Of a stretch of 64,000 bases of DNA, positions 8,916-17,082 are shown one piece after another. The DNA is taken from positions 469,496 to 533,495 of the forward strand of contig CAYUCS010000001.1 of the NCBI GenBank assembly GCA_964443495.1, in the 5' to 3' direction. A program made the position numbers and the translations under genes. This DNA is from an uncultured Gammaproteobacteria bacterium. GTDB taxonomy: Bacteria > Patescibacteriota > Patescibacteriia > Patescibacteriales > GWE2-39-37. The notes under the pieces were generated by a model. The model was given only the letters and a program-made list of their open reading frames with translations, was not told the DNA's origin and did not search any database. Position 1 is the first letter of the stretch, and every line of letters begins with the position of its first letter.

Positions 8916-9512
8916 ATGCTCGAAAAGCTATTCGGATCACGTACCCGCGTCAAGCTGATGAAGCTTTTTTTGTTGTCGCCCGATCGACGGCTAACCTTGG
9001 TTGAAATCGTTAAGCTGCTTAAGCTGCAGCTGGTTCCGGTCAAGAAGGAGTTGGACAATCTGGTCGAATTCGGCATGATTGAGCACATTCTGGCCGAGGA
9101 GGTCGGCGGCGACGACAAGAACGGCCCGAAGCAAGAAAAGAAACATTACCGTCTCGACCCCAATTTTGTCTTAAAGGAAGAGCTCAAGGCCCTGATCGTC
9201 AAATCCCAAATCCTTTATGAACGCGACTTCCTGGACCGCCTGATGAAGCTTGGCCGCATAAAGCTGCTGGTGCTGACTGGGGTTTTTGTGAATTTGCTTG
9301 ATTCGCCGATCGACATCCTGATTGTCGGCAAGATTAACAAGGTCAAGTTGGTCGCCCTTTTGACTCAGTTGGAGCAAGAATTAGGACGGGAAGTGAACTT
9401 CACATTCATGGAACCGGGAGAGTTTACCTTTCGTCTAGGCATGACTGACGTATTCCTTTACAACGTCCTTGAAGGCAAGCGATTGATCTTGATTGATGAA
9501 TTTGGTGTATAA
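8916..9512 (+). CDS. Putative winged-helix DNA-binding protein
   Basis: The N-terminus resembles a wHTH (SRTRVKLMKLFLLSPDRRLTLVEIVKLLKLQLVPVKKELDNLVEFGMIE). I use the ATG at 8916; the tracked ORF begins at a TTG at 8910. Confidence 0.45.
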   Translation: MLEKLFGSRTRVKLMKLFLLSPDRRLTLVEIVKLLKLQLVPVKKELDNLVEFGMIEHILAEEVGGDDKNGPKQEKKHYRLDPNFVLKEELKALIVKSQILYERDFLDRLMKLGRIKLLVLTGVFVNLLDSPIDILIVGKINKVKLVALLTQLEQELGREVNFTFMEPGEFTFRLGMTDVFLYNVLEGKRLILIDEFGV

Positions 9513-9586
9513 TTAGCCAAAAAAATTGAACTATTTGCAAGGTGCCAGAAATGGCATTTTTTGTTTGCGAGAAAATACCCATTCTA

Positions 9587-9615
9587 TTGACATTTTTAGC
9601 ATAAAATGTTACCAT
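9587..9615 (+). promoter_or_regulatory. Candidate promoter of the glycan locus
   Basis: TTGACA lies at 9587-9592, then a 17-nt spacer, then TGtTACCAT. The -10 is weak; an alternative CATAAT lies 3 nt further on. Confidence 0.35.
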
Positions 9616-9695
9616 AATATATCAATTTTAAAGCTATCAGTTTAATCCCTACGCCGCTATGAGCAGGGATTTGCTAGCCTGGTCGGAAAAACAAT

Positions 9696-10547
9696 ATGGA
9701 GTTAGCCCAATTCTATCAATTGATCAAGAAAGGCAAGATTACTCTCGTCATGAGCGTCTTGATTTTTACCTTGTTCGCCTTAGCTTTCACCTTCCTGCGA
9801 CCGCTCGAATTCCGAGCACAGTCGCGCCTGCTGATAATCCAAAATAGCCAGGAGGGTGCCGACCCGTTCGTAGCAGCCAAGGCGAATGAATATCTTGGCG
9901 GAGTCCTGACCAAGATCGTCGCCTCGAATTCTTTTTTGGAGGAAGTCCTGGCATCCGGCTTGAATATCGATCAAGATCATTTCAGCAACGACCCGCACGA
10001 GCGCGCCAAGACTTGGCAAGACATGATCGTGGCCAGGTCATACGGCGATCTCGGGGTGATTGAGATATCCGTCTTCCATACCGACAGATATCAGGCAGAG
10101 CAGGTAGCCCAGGCTGTCGACTTGACGTTGAAGAATAAGAGCAGTGTCTTCTTGGGCACTGGCGACAAAGTCGAGGTCAAAGTGATCGATCAGCCGATAG
10201 CCTCGAAATGGCCGGTGCGCCCCAATATCGTTCTGAACATGGTCCTGGGTCCGGTTATCGGTCTGATATTCGGGCTGTTTTATCTTTATCTTTTTTCCAG
10301 GGCGGCGGTCGAAACAGTCGGTGCGCCAGCGGCTATGCCAGCAGCTGCATCGGCGATCGAGCCGATCAGCAGCCAGCAGCCGCAGCACGTCCAGGAGACA
10401 GCCCAGCCGTTGCCGCGAGAAGCCGCGATTCCTCCGGCAGAAGCGCCGATGGCCGCGCCGACAGCCGCGCCGATCCAGAAGCCGCAAAGCAATGAGTTCG
10501 ATATCGATGATATCTTGAATCAGGGCAATATAGGCAACTTGCTCTAG
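9696..10547 (+). CDS. Polysaccharide co-polymerase / chain-length determinant (Wzz-like) with an Ala/Pro-rich tail
   Basis: It has the two-TM PCP topology: TM1 is LVMSVLIFTLFALAFTF and TM2 is IVLNMVLGPVIGLIFGLFYLYLF, with a periplasmic-type loop between them. The N-terminus is Wzz-like. Confidence 0.6.
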   Translation: MELAQFYQLIKKGKITLVMSVLIFTLFALAFTFLRPLEFRAQSRLLIIQNSQEGADPFVAAKANEYLGGVLTKIVASNSFLEEVLASGLNIDQDHFSNDPHERAKTWQDMIVARSYGDLGVIEISVFHTDRYQAEQVAQAVDLTLKNKSSVFLGTGDKVEVKVIDQPIASKWPVRPNIVLNMVLGPVIGLIFGLFYLYLFSRAAVETVGAPAAMPAAASAIEPISSQQPQHVQETAQPLPREAAIPPAEAPMAAPTAAPIQKPQSNEFDIDDILNQGNIGNLL

Positions 10548-10688
10548 AAGGTTGTTTCGCGTCTGGCCCGGTCGTATCGACGGAGTCAGAAAGAGACAAA
10601 CTTGCGGTTCATTGACAATACGAGACAGTAAACCGGTCAGATGACCGATAATCCTCCTCTAGATTGAGGAAAACAGAAGGAGCACGCC

Positions 10689-11144
10689 ATGTTCAGCTTG
10701 GAGTTTGCCACGGACGGATTTTGGAACTTGATGTGCGCAATTGGCTTCGCAGGAATCATGTTTCTTTTTTGCCTCTTGTTCTGGTTTCGTTACCAGGACA
10801 GGCGCACTTTGCGCGAGGCGATACAAGGAAAGCTCCTGCAGCAAACTGCGCAGCAAGACGAAGAGGTAAGGGAGGTGTATGTTATCGGATATGCCGTCAA
10901 GGTCACGTATCGCGACGGCATCTGGTATTCGCCTTTCACCAATGCCTCAGGACAGAATTTCAACAGTTCGAACATCGACAGCTTGCGCCACTCGATCCGG
11001 ACTTGCATCAAAAAACCCCAAAGGTTTCGCGAGCAGTTCGTAAGATTGAAGGACGCAAAAATCATCACCAGCCTGACAGACAGGAAGGTGATCGACATCA
11101 ACGGCTCCGGCCATAACGAGAAAGCCGAAAGGAGGGCGTCATGA
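10689..11144 (+). CDS. Hypothetical membrane protein (151 aa)
   Basis: An SD (GAAGGAG) sits 7 nt upstream. There is an N-terminal TM helix (LMCAIGFAGIMFLFCLLFWF). The stop overlaps the next start in an ATGA. Confidence 0.6.
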   Translation: MFSLEFATDGFWNLMCAIGFAGIMFLFCLLFWFRYQDRRTLREAIQGKLLQQTAQQDEEVREVYVIGYAVKVTYRDGIWYSPFTNASGQNFNSSNIDSLRHSIRTCIKKPQRFREQFVRLKDAKIITSLTDRKVIDINGSGHNEKAERRAS

Positions 11145-12073
11145 AAGTAGTGGTCAAGCTTATCGCAGCGATGATGTTCAGCGGCCTCATTTCCGGCTGC
11201 GCGCACGAAATCATGCGCAAGGAAGAGATGCACCTCATACCTCTGCCAGCTAGGCAGGTCAAGCAGGTGACGGCAATAACCTTGCCCCTGCACCCCCAGC
11301 TCGACCTTGCAGAAGGCGGGGAACAGCGGACCACCTGGCCCGCCTATATCATCTTCAAAAATGGCAGGAAGCCTCTGAAACTCCACGCAGTCAGCCTGTT
11401 CGAGCAGCCGCTCGTCGAGATGGCTTGCACTAAGCCGCTTTTTGTCACCATCCCGTCAGCCAAGCCTGAGGATTTCGAAGGCGCGCTGATCGGGGTGTTC
11501 AACCGCACCATGACCGCCGCTTACGGGCAGGGCACTGAGATCAAATTGAAAGAAGCGGGCAAGCTCGACTACAAAGAGCTCGAGCCCTATCTGCCGAAAT
11601 TCAAGAGCGGGCAGGACTTCGCCAAGGCGATAGCCACCGACTCGGAAGAATTCAGGCAGCTTCTGGACATCTACTCCAGCGCTCTGGTCAAAGAGGTGAA
11701 GTGGATGCGGCAGTATCTAGCCGAAGAGCATCGCCTTGTCCTCAATCCCTCGAGCAAGCTGACAGACAAGCAGCTGGAGGAGATCATGTGGAAGGATTCT
11801 AAGGTTTACGGCTTTGCCCAGTGGCTTGGCAGCGACTGGAAGATCCTCGTGACCCTGCCGTTCATCGGTTTCAGGGAATCGGCGATAATCGTAGCGGCAA
11901 TGAAATTCATCACCGTCCCCGAGATTTTCATCGCGGACAAGACGAATTTCCCCGGCTACGAGCAGTATCAGCCTACATCCGGCGACGTGGCCAGGATGTT
12001 CCGGTACAACCGTCGTTATGACGCGTGCCTCAATCAGTTGGGGTACGTACCGAAATATTTCCTGGCTGAGTGA
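11141..12073 (+). CDS. Hypothetical lipoprotein (310 aa)
   Basis: The signal peptide ends in the lipobox LISGC. A GGAGGG SD is present and the start is ATGA-coupled to the upstream gene. Confidence 0.65.
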   Translation: MKVVVKLIAAMMFSGLISGCAHEIMRKEEMHLIPLPARQVKQVTAITLPLHPQLDLAEGGEQRTTWPAYIIFKNGRKPLKLHAVSLFEQPLVEMACTKPLFVTIPSAKPEDFEGALIGVFNRTMTAAYGQGTEIKLKEAGKLDYKELEPYLPKFKSGQDFAKAIATDSEEFRQLLDIYSSALVKEVKWMRQYLAEEHRLVLNPSSKLTDKQLEEIMWKDSKVYGFAQWLGSDWKILVTLPFIGFRESAIIVAAMKFITVPEIFIADKTNFPGYEQYQPTSGDVARMFRYNRRYDACLNQLGYVPKYFLAE

Positions 12074-12336
12074 CTTGACTCGCGGCCTCGGTCGCACAGA
12101 CATACGAAGTCCGTAACATCGCTTTGTTGCCGCTGTCAGAATATTCCCAAGTAAGCTGGTAGGAAGCCGTCGGCTCCCAGCAGGCTAGGCGTTGACCCGT
12201 CGGGTCCGTCGCAGTCGCGTCCGAAAGGCGTGACATGTCGCTTCCGTTAACTCGGAAGAAACAGGAATAGGATGAAAGCGTGCAAAAGGAATTCAATTTT
12301 TCCAGCTCTAGACAGTTGGAGGAAAGGAGTAGAGCC

Positions 12337-14151
12337 ATGAGAAAGCTGATCATGTCCATACTGATCGCTTTATTCGTCCTGATCGCCCCGGTTATGGGCA
12401 GCCAGGATGGAGACAAGCAGGTCAATATAGCCGCAACCGCGAAGCCGACAGCGCAGCAAGCTTGCATCGCTTGCCATCGCGCCTCGGCCCGTCCCGCGCA
12501 GCCAGTTGCCGCAAAAGCCGAAAAGGCCGAAGTTGTGACTGAGCTCAAACATGAAGTGGACGAAGGCGAGTGCCTTTGGAAGATCGCCGAGCGCTATTAC
12601 GGCGACGGCAACCTGTGGACCCGGATCCATAAAGCCAATCCCGGTATCAAGGATCCGAGACTGATCCACCCGCAAGACTCCCTCGTCATCCCGTTAGTCG
12701 GCACAGTGTCCCAATCGGCCAGAACCCCGGTGCCAACCGAGAAAAAGGCCCAGAAAGCCGAAGCGGCCAAGACTGGCAAGCCTGTAGTGAAGACTACGGC
12801 CGGAGTATTCCTTTGGACAGTAGCCGGCGGCAACCCCTTCGGGAAGCGCGATCATCGCAAAGCCCTGAGCCAATTGCCGACCGACGATCAGGAATTGAAA
12901 GATCTCCTGATCAAGAGCTTCACGACGAACGCCCCGCAAGCGGCGACCGTCAAGCCCGGTACCGATTTCGACTGGATCCTTTTCGGCGCTTACCAATGGG
13001 TCCATACGGCCCGTTGGTCCGGCAAAGAAGAGCTTCAGGCGCAGGTCTGGCCGGAGTTCGAGCATAAAGGGCGCTTCTGGAGGATTACGCTGACGGCCAA
13101 GTGCAACAACCTGGAAATCAGTTCCCGAGAGAAGCCGCCCGCACCGCCAGAAGCACCGCAACAACCGCCGCCCGCACCGCCAGTAAAGAAGGAGGGGTCT
13201 CCGCCTCCGCCGGCCAAGCAGCCGCCAAAGCAGGCACCGCCTGCCAGCAAGCCGCCATGCACCAGTTGCAGCTGGGCCCCCGACTACAAGGGTTCGCTCT
13301 TCATGGCTCCGCGCTGGGGAGTCAACTACCCCAACAAGGATCATGAGATGATCTACGGCGGGGAAATGGACATCTTCCCCGGCTACTGCGGCTCCGAAGA
13401 CAGCAAGTTCGTTCCCGGCGTTTCCATCAAAGGCGTCGGTTGGGACGGCCAATTCGGCGAGAAGAACGGGAGCCTGTTGAAGTTCAACGGCAACCAAATC
13501 GTCTATGGCGGGGTGGCGGAGTATCGCCAACCCAACGACCTGTCGATCCTGCACCTCCGCTACGGCGAGCAGAAGGGCCGAGCGTACAACAACACCGGCT
13601 ACGACGGCACCGAAGAAAACGAGCTGATCAACCTTGAAGCCAGACACCTGCACAAGACCGGCCACTCCTGGCCGAGCGAAGTGCAGGTCGCCGGCAGCGC
13701 CAACATCGATATCGGCGGCAAGAAAAAGTCGTCGGTCAACGGCACGCCGCTGACAACAGTGCAGGACCCGCGTCGCGACCAATCGCAGTACGCAGTCATG
13801 GTACAGGCATCCGCCTATGCCAGCGACACGGTCGAACCCTTGGCCGGCCTCGTAGTGGATCACACTCCGGGTGCCAAGATGACCGGCGTCGAGCCTTACG
13901 TCGGCGCTAAAGTCCTCGAGGAACAGCTCGAGCCGTCGGCCCGTTACCGCATTAACATCGGCAAGGACGACCCCAGCGACACCTTCGGGGCTAACCTGGT
14001 CTGGAATTTCGACCGGACCTTGAAGAAGGCTTACCACCAGGTAGTCAAAGCCTGGTCTGACCGCGGCGTAGCTGAGGCTCAGGCCAAGGAAGCGCCCGCA
14101 TCACCCCCGCTCAAGACCATGGTGCCTGCTCCGACCCCGGATCAGCCCTAG
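12337..14151 (+). CDS. Secreted LysM-domain protein with a Pro-rich linker and a beta-rich C-terminal domain
   Basis: I chose the start at ATG 12337, which lies behind GGAGGAAAGGAG; the tracked ORF starts at 12280. It has a signal/anchor (ILIALFVLIAPVMG) and a LysM motif (CLWKIAERYYGDGNLWTRIHKANPGIKDPRLIHPQDSLVIP). A PPAPPEAPQQPPPAPP linker follows, then about 300 aa with an alternating polar/hydrophobic pattern. Confidence 0.7.
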   Translation: MRKLIMSILIALFVLIAPVMGSQDGDKQVNIAATAKPTAQQACIACHRASARPAQPVAAKAEKAEVVTELKHEVDEGECLWKIAERYYGDGNLWTRIHKANPGIKDPRLIHPQDSLVIPLVGTVSQSARTPVPTEKKAQKAEAAKTGKPVVKTTAGVFLWTVAGGNPFGKRDHRKALSQLPTDDQELKDLLIKSFTTNAPQAATVKPGTDFDWILFGAYQWVHTARWSGKEELQAQVWPEFEHKGRFWRITLTAKCNNLEISSREKPPAPPEAPQQPPPAPPVKKEGSPPPPAKQPPKQAPPASKPPCTSCSWAPDYKGSLFMAPRWGVNYPNKDHEMIYGGEMDIFPGYCGSEDSKFVPGVSIKGVGWDGQFGEKNGSLLKFNGNQIVYGGVAEYRQPNDLSILHLRYGEQKGRAYNNTGYDGTEENELINLEARHLHKTGHSWPSEVQVAGSANIDIGGKKKSSVNGTPLTTVQDPRRDQSQYAVMVQASAYASDTVEPLAGLVVDHTPGAKMTGVEPYVGAKVLEEQLEPSARYRINIGKDDPSDTFGANLVWNFDRTLKKAYHQVVKAWSDRGVAEAQAKEAPASPPLKTMVPAPTPDQP

Positions 14152-14154
14152 GCC

Positions 14155-14183
14155 TTGACAAACTCCCCATGATGGACTATACT
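14155..14183 (+). promoter_or_regulatory. Sigma70-type promoter for the 14364 gene
   Basis: TTGACA lies at 14155-14160, then a 17-nt spacer, then TATACT at 14178-14183. Confidence 0.6.
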
Positions 14184-14287
14184 CTGAAGTTCACTGTAAT
14201 ATTGTGAATAATGAGCTCATTCCATTAAACAGGAGGTAACAAGCGAACCATAAGGCAGAAGTCAACTATCAACCCATTCGGAACCGC

Positions 14288-14328
14288 GCTCCGGGTTTTA
14301 CGGAGCTAGGCTCCGAAGCAACCCGGAG
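14288..14328 (+). promoter_or_regulatory. Structured segment of a 180-nt leader with mutually exclusive pairings
   Basis: Four segments are involved: A is GCTCCGGG (14288-14295), B is CGGAGC (14301-14306), C is GCTCCG (14310-14315) and D is CCCGGAG (14322-14328). B pairs with C while A pairs with D (nested), or A pairs with B and C with D (tandem). Confidence 0.4.
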
Positions 14329-14363
14329 ACAGTGTTCTCCACACTACAGAAGGAGGAATAGTT

Positions 14364-14753
14364 ATGAAACGTCTTATCAGTTCCATCACGGTGGCTCTGG
14401 CCATCACCCTCAGCAGCGCGCTGGCATTCGCTGGCGTATCCCAGGTCTGTGTCGACGGCGACACTATCCGCGTGCCCGCACGCGCCATGGCTGGACTGAA
14501 TCAGTCCGGCACCATCTACGCGGCCTGCGACGAGAACCAGTGGGGCCAGGGCGACATGACCGGCTATGAGCTGGTCAAGGATTCTTCCGGCGATTTCACG
14601 ATCGCCAAATCCAAGATCGCTGACGGGCGCTTCCACCCCGTCAACCTCGCCAACGGCAAAGTCATCTGGGCCAAGACCCACACGGTCAAGAGCCTGACGG
14701 TCGACCGCTCCGAAGGCGGCACCAACCTCAAGGCAGAAGCAGCCTGCAAGTAA
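14364..14753 (+). CDS. Hypothetical small secreted protein (129 aa, 4 Cys)
   Basis: An AGAAGGAGGA SD sits 6 nt upstream. The signal peptide is ITVALAITLSSALAFAG. A terminator follows. Confidence 0.65.
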   Translation: MKRLISSITVALAITLSSALAFAGVSQVCVDGDTIRVPARAMAGLNQSGTIYAACDENQWGQGDMTGYELVKDSSGDFTIAKSKIADGRFHPVNLANGKVIWAKTHTVKSLTVDRSEGGTNLKAEAACK

Positions 14754-14777
14754 GCTGCAAGTTCTTTCGTATCACCC

Positions 14778-14809
14778 GGGCGCTACCCCCAAGTAGCGCC
14801 CCTTTTTTT
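14778..14809 (+). terminator. Intrinsic terminator
   Basis: GGGCGCTAC (14778-14786) pairs with GTAGCGCCC (14793-14801) and a T-run lies at 14803-14809. Confidence 0.8.
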
Positions 14810-14830
14810 ATCCAAAAAAGGGAACGGTAG

Positions 14831-14859
14831 TTGACAAAAATGGCAAAATATGATATATA
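14831..14859 (+). promoter_or_regulatory. Sigma70-type promoter for the O-antigen-ligase-like gene
   Basis: TTGACA lies at 14831-14836, then a 17-nt spacer, then TGaTATATA with the hexamer at 14854-14859. The first 14 nt are identical to the rplJ promoter (TTGACAAAAATGGC). Confidence 0.55.
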
Positions 14860-14878
14860 TATTAGTCCAAGCAAACCT

Positions 14879-16261
14879 ATGGCGACATTAGCAATAACGC
14901 AAAATTTAAGCCAAAGTAAGCTAATCTTATCCAAAATCGGCCTCTTCCTCGGCTGTTTGGCCAGTTTTTTGCTGTTAAGCAAGCTTAGCAGCTTCACCCT
15001 TGCCTTAGTTTTTGTGGCGGCAGTATTTTTCTTCTTCGTTTGGCGCAAGGAACTGTGGCGGCTTTTGCTTTTGGCCCTGCCGCTGCTCACTTTGGGCAAG
15101 GTTATATTTTTCGAAGTCCGGCCGGGACTCCTGTATGAGATGACCTTGTCCGAGGCGATACTCCTTTTCGTCCTGATCGTCTTCCTGATCGACCGCACGG
15201 TCGCCAACACCTGGAATAAGGTGGTCGTAGATTGGATTACCTTGGCATTATTCGCGACTTTTGTTTTGGCAGCCAGTTCGTACCAGGCAGGCATGAGCGC
15301 GACGGCATACATCTATGTCATCAAGATACTCGGTTTCAGCTGCCTCGCCTTTTTTATGGCGCGCAATCTGATCGATTCGGCACCGCGGGTTTCCGCCTTC
15401 TACCGTTCCATCGGCATCACGATCCTGATCATTGCCGGGGAAATCGCTTATAAATTTTTCCAGCTCGGCAGCACGCAGAAATTCTTTACCGACCGCAAGG
15501 GGGTGGTCTTGCCCGTGGCGCCGCTCGCCACTACGGCGGCCATCATGGTCTGCCTCACTTTGCTGCTGACCAGCTATTACCTGTGGCGCCACCAGCAGAC
15601 TAAGCGCAGCTTCATCTGGCTGGGCGTCATCATCGTCGCCTTGGCCGCGATTTTTCTCTCGTTGGGCAAGGCCGCCCTGATTAGTCTCGGAATCGGCTTA
15701 GCCTTCCTGTTCGTCAAGATCCGTGAGCGCCGCACCGCCTTGATGATAGCGGCGTCAGCCACGGTATTGACGATCATCCTGATGTTTTCTCCGGTGGCGG
15801 TCGTGCTATGGGAGCGCGTCGCCAACACCCTGGCCGATGCCAACACGCAGTATCGTCTCTTGGAGTATAAGACTTCCTGGAAGATATTGGAGAACCACTG
15901 GCAATTCGGCGTCGGCGCCGGCCAGCAGGTGGAATACTTCAAGAAGATGCTCGGTTATGACGAGAGCGACCTCTTGAATAATTTCATCCTCCAAGCCGCA
16001 GTGGATCTCGGAGCGCTCGGCGTCGCCATGGTAACGCTGCTCATGGCCAGCGTCATGGGGCAAGCGGTCTATACCAAGCGCCGGTCCCCCCGCGAACGCT
16101 GGCTCGGTTATGGCGTCATTGCCATGCTGATGGCCGCCTTCATCAACGGCCTGGTCGAAGTGACCTTCCTGGCCCTGCCTTATGCCTTGGTCTTCTGGCT
16201 CTCTCTCGGAGCTTTGATAAATATAAGCGCGTATGAAAAAAGTATCAGCAGTAATCATTAA
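14879..16261 (+). CDS. O-antigen ligase / Wzy-type polymerase family membrane protein
   Basis: It is polytopic, with at least 10 hydrophobic helices and a large loop in the C-terminal third, typical of Wzy_C proteins. I moved the start to ATG 14879 because the tracked TTG at 14831 is the -35 box. Confidence 0.6.
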   Translation: MATLAITQNLSQSKLILSKIGLFLGCLASFLLLSKLSSFTLALVFVAAVFFFFVWRKELWRLLLLALPLLTLGKVIFFEVRPGLLYEMTLSEAILLFVLIVFLIDRTVANTWNKVVVDWITLALFATFVLAASSYQAGMSATAYIYVIKILGFSCLAFFMARNLIDSAPRVSAFYRSIGITILIIAGEIAYKFFQLGSTQKFFTDRKGVVLPVAPLATTAAIMVCLTLLLTSYYLWRHQQTKRSFIWLGVIIVALAAIFLSLGKAALISLGIGLAFLFVKIRERRTALMIAASATVLTIILMFSPVAVVLWERVANTLADANTQYRLLEYKTSWKILENHWQFGVGAGQQVEYFKKMLGYDESDLLNNFILQAAVDLGALGVAMVTLLMASVMGQAVYTKRRSPRERWLGYGVIAMLMAAFINGLVEVTFLALPYALVFWLSLGALINISAYEKSISSNH

Positions 16262-17078
16262 TTACAACACCCCCGAACTGACAGGCCGCGCGATCGTGCG
16301 GCTGCTTGAGCGTGCCGACGGATACATCCAGGAAATAATCCTGATCGACAACGGATCGTCCGCGCCGATGCATATTGAGGATTTTACCGACGAACGCATA
16401 CGCTATATCGCCAATGATTCCAATCTCGGCTTCGCCCGCGCTGCTAATCAAGGCATGCGCTTGGCCGAAGGGGAATTTATACTTTTGATTAATTCCGACG
16501 TGATCGTCGAAGCCGGCGCCATCGGCAAGCTGGCCGACTATCTCGAACGCAACGACCAAGCCGGTATCGTCGGGCCGCAGATGGCTTACCCGGACGGAGA
16601 GTTCCAAGTCAGTTGCGGCCGATCGTTCAGTCCTTTGTCGGAGCTGATACGCCTGTCGACCCTTTATAGATATGTTCCTGGCGGCAGCCTGCTTTACCCC
16701 AACCGTTTCAACCGTTCATTGTTCGCTCACGGCGGACAAGTCGGCTGGGTCTCGGGCGGCTGCCTGATGCTCAAGCGGGAGCTATTGGAGAAAATCGGGG
16801 AGCTGGACGAGAAATTCTTTTTCGGCGTCGAGGATATCGATTTCTGTTCCCGGGCGACCGAGGCCGGCTGGCAGGTGGTCTATCTGCCAAAAGCCAGAGT
16901 GCTCCATTATCACGGCTATTCGGCCGGCGGCCGGCGCACCCTTGAACGCATGAAGATGGAGCGCGACAACTTGGAATATTTCATGGGCAAGCATCGGCCG
17001 GAGCATTTTTTCGAACGCAAGCTGGTCAAGCTGATGCACACGCTGAAGATTTCCATTTTAAGACTATTCATACATTAA
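16233..17078 (+). CDS. Family 2 glycosyltransferase
   Basis: It carries GT2 hallmarks: VIINYNT, LIDNGSS, LLINSDV and a C-terminal ED/FC motif region. Confidence 0.8.
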   Translation: MKKVSAVIINYNTPELTGRAIVRLLERADGYIQEIILIDNGSSAPMHIEDFTDERIRYIANDSNLGFARAANQGMRLAEGEFILLINSDVIVEAGAIGKLADYLERNDQAGIVGPQMAYPDGEFQVSCGRSFSPLSELIRLSTLYRYVPGGSLLYPNRFNRSLFAHGGQVGWVSGGCLMLKRELLEKIGELDEKFFFGVEDIDFCSRATEAGWQVVYLPKARVLHYHGYSAGGRRTLERMKMERDNLEYFMGKHRPEHFFERKLVKLMHTLKISILRLFIH

Positions 17079-17082
17079 TCAT

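Noticed and set aside
10664-11116. 150-aa ORF in an alternative frame on the same strand as the 10689 gene.
   Set aside because: Its sequence is Arg-rich with no hydrophobic core or SD. The 10689 frame has a GAAGGAG SD and a clear TM helix.
12030-12548. 172-aa minus-strand ORF spanning the 12074-12336 intergenic gap.
   Set aside because: It overlaps the 5' end of the LysM gene and the 3' end of the lipoprotein gene. It has no SD and a Cys/Ser/Ala-rich shadow-like composition.
12694-14037. 447-aa ORF antisense to the LysM gene. The same applies to 25999-27111 (antisense to ftsI), 17068-17946 (antisense to the radical SAM gene), 29383-30360 (antisense to the TPM gene), 46686-47474 (antisense to clpB) and 10790-11386.
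   Set aside because: All of them mirror a better-supported gene on the other strand, lack translation signals and have Arg/Gly/Pro-rich shadow-frame composition.
14831-14878. The tracked ORF for the O-antigen-ligase-like gene begins with a TTG at 14831.
   Set aside because: That TTG is the first base of a TTGACA -35 box, which is followed after 17 nt by TATATA. Transcription would start downstream of it, so I moved the start to ATG 14879.
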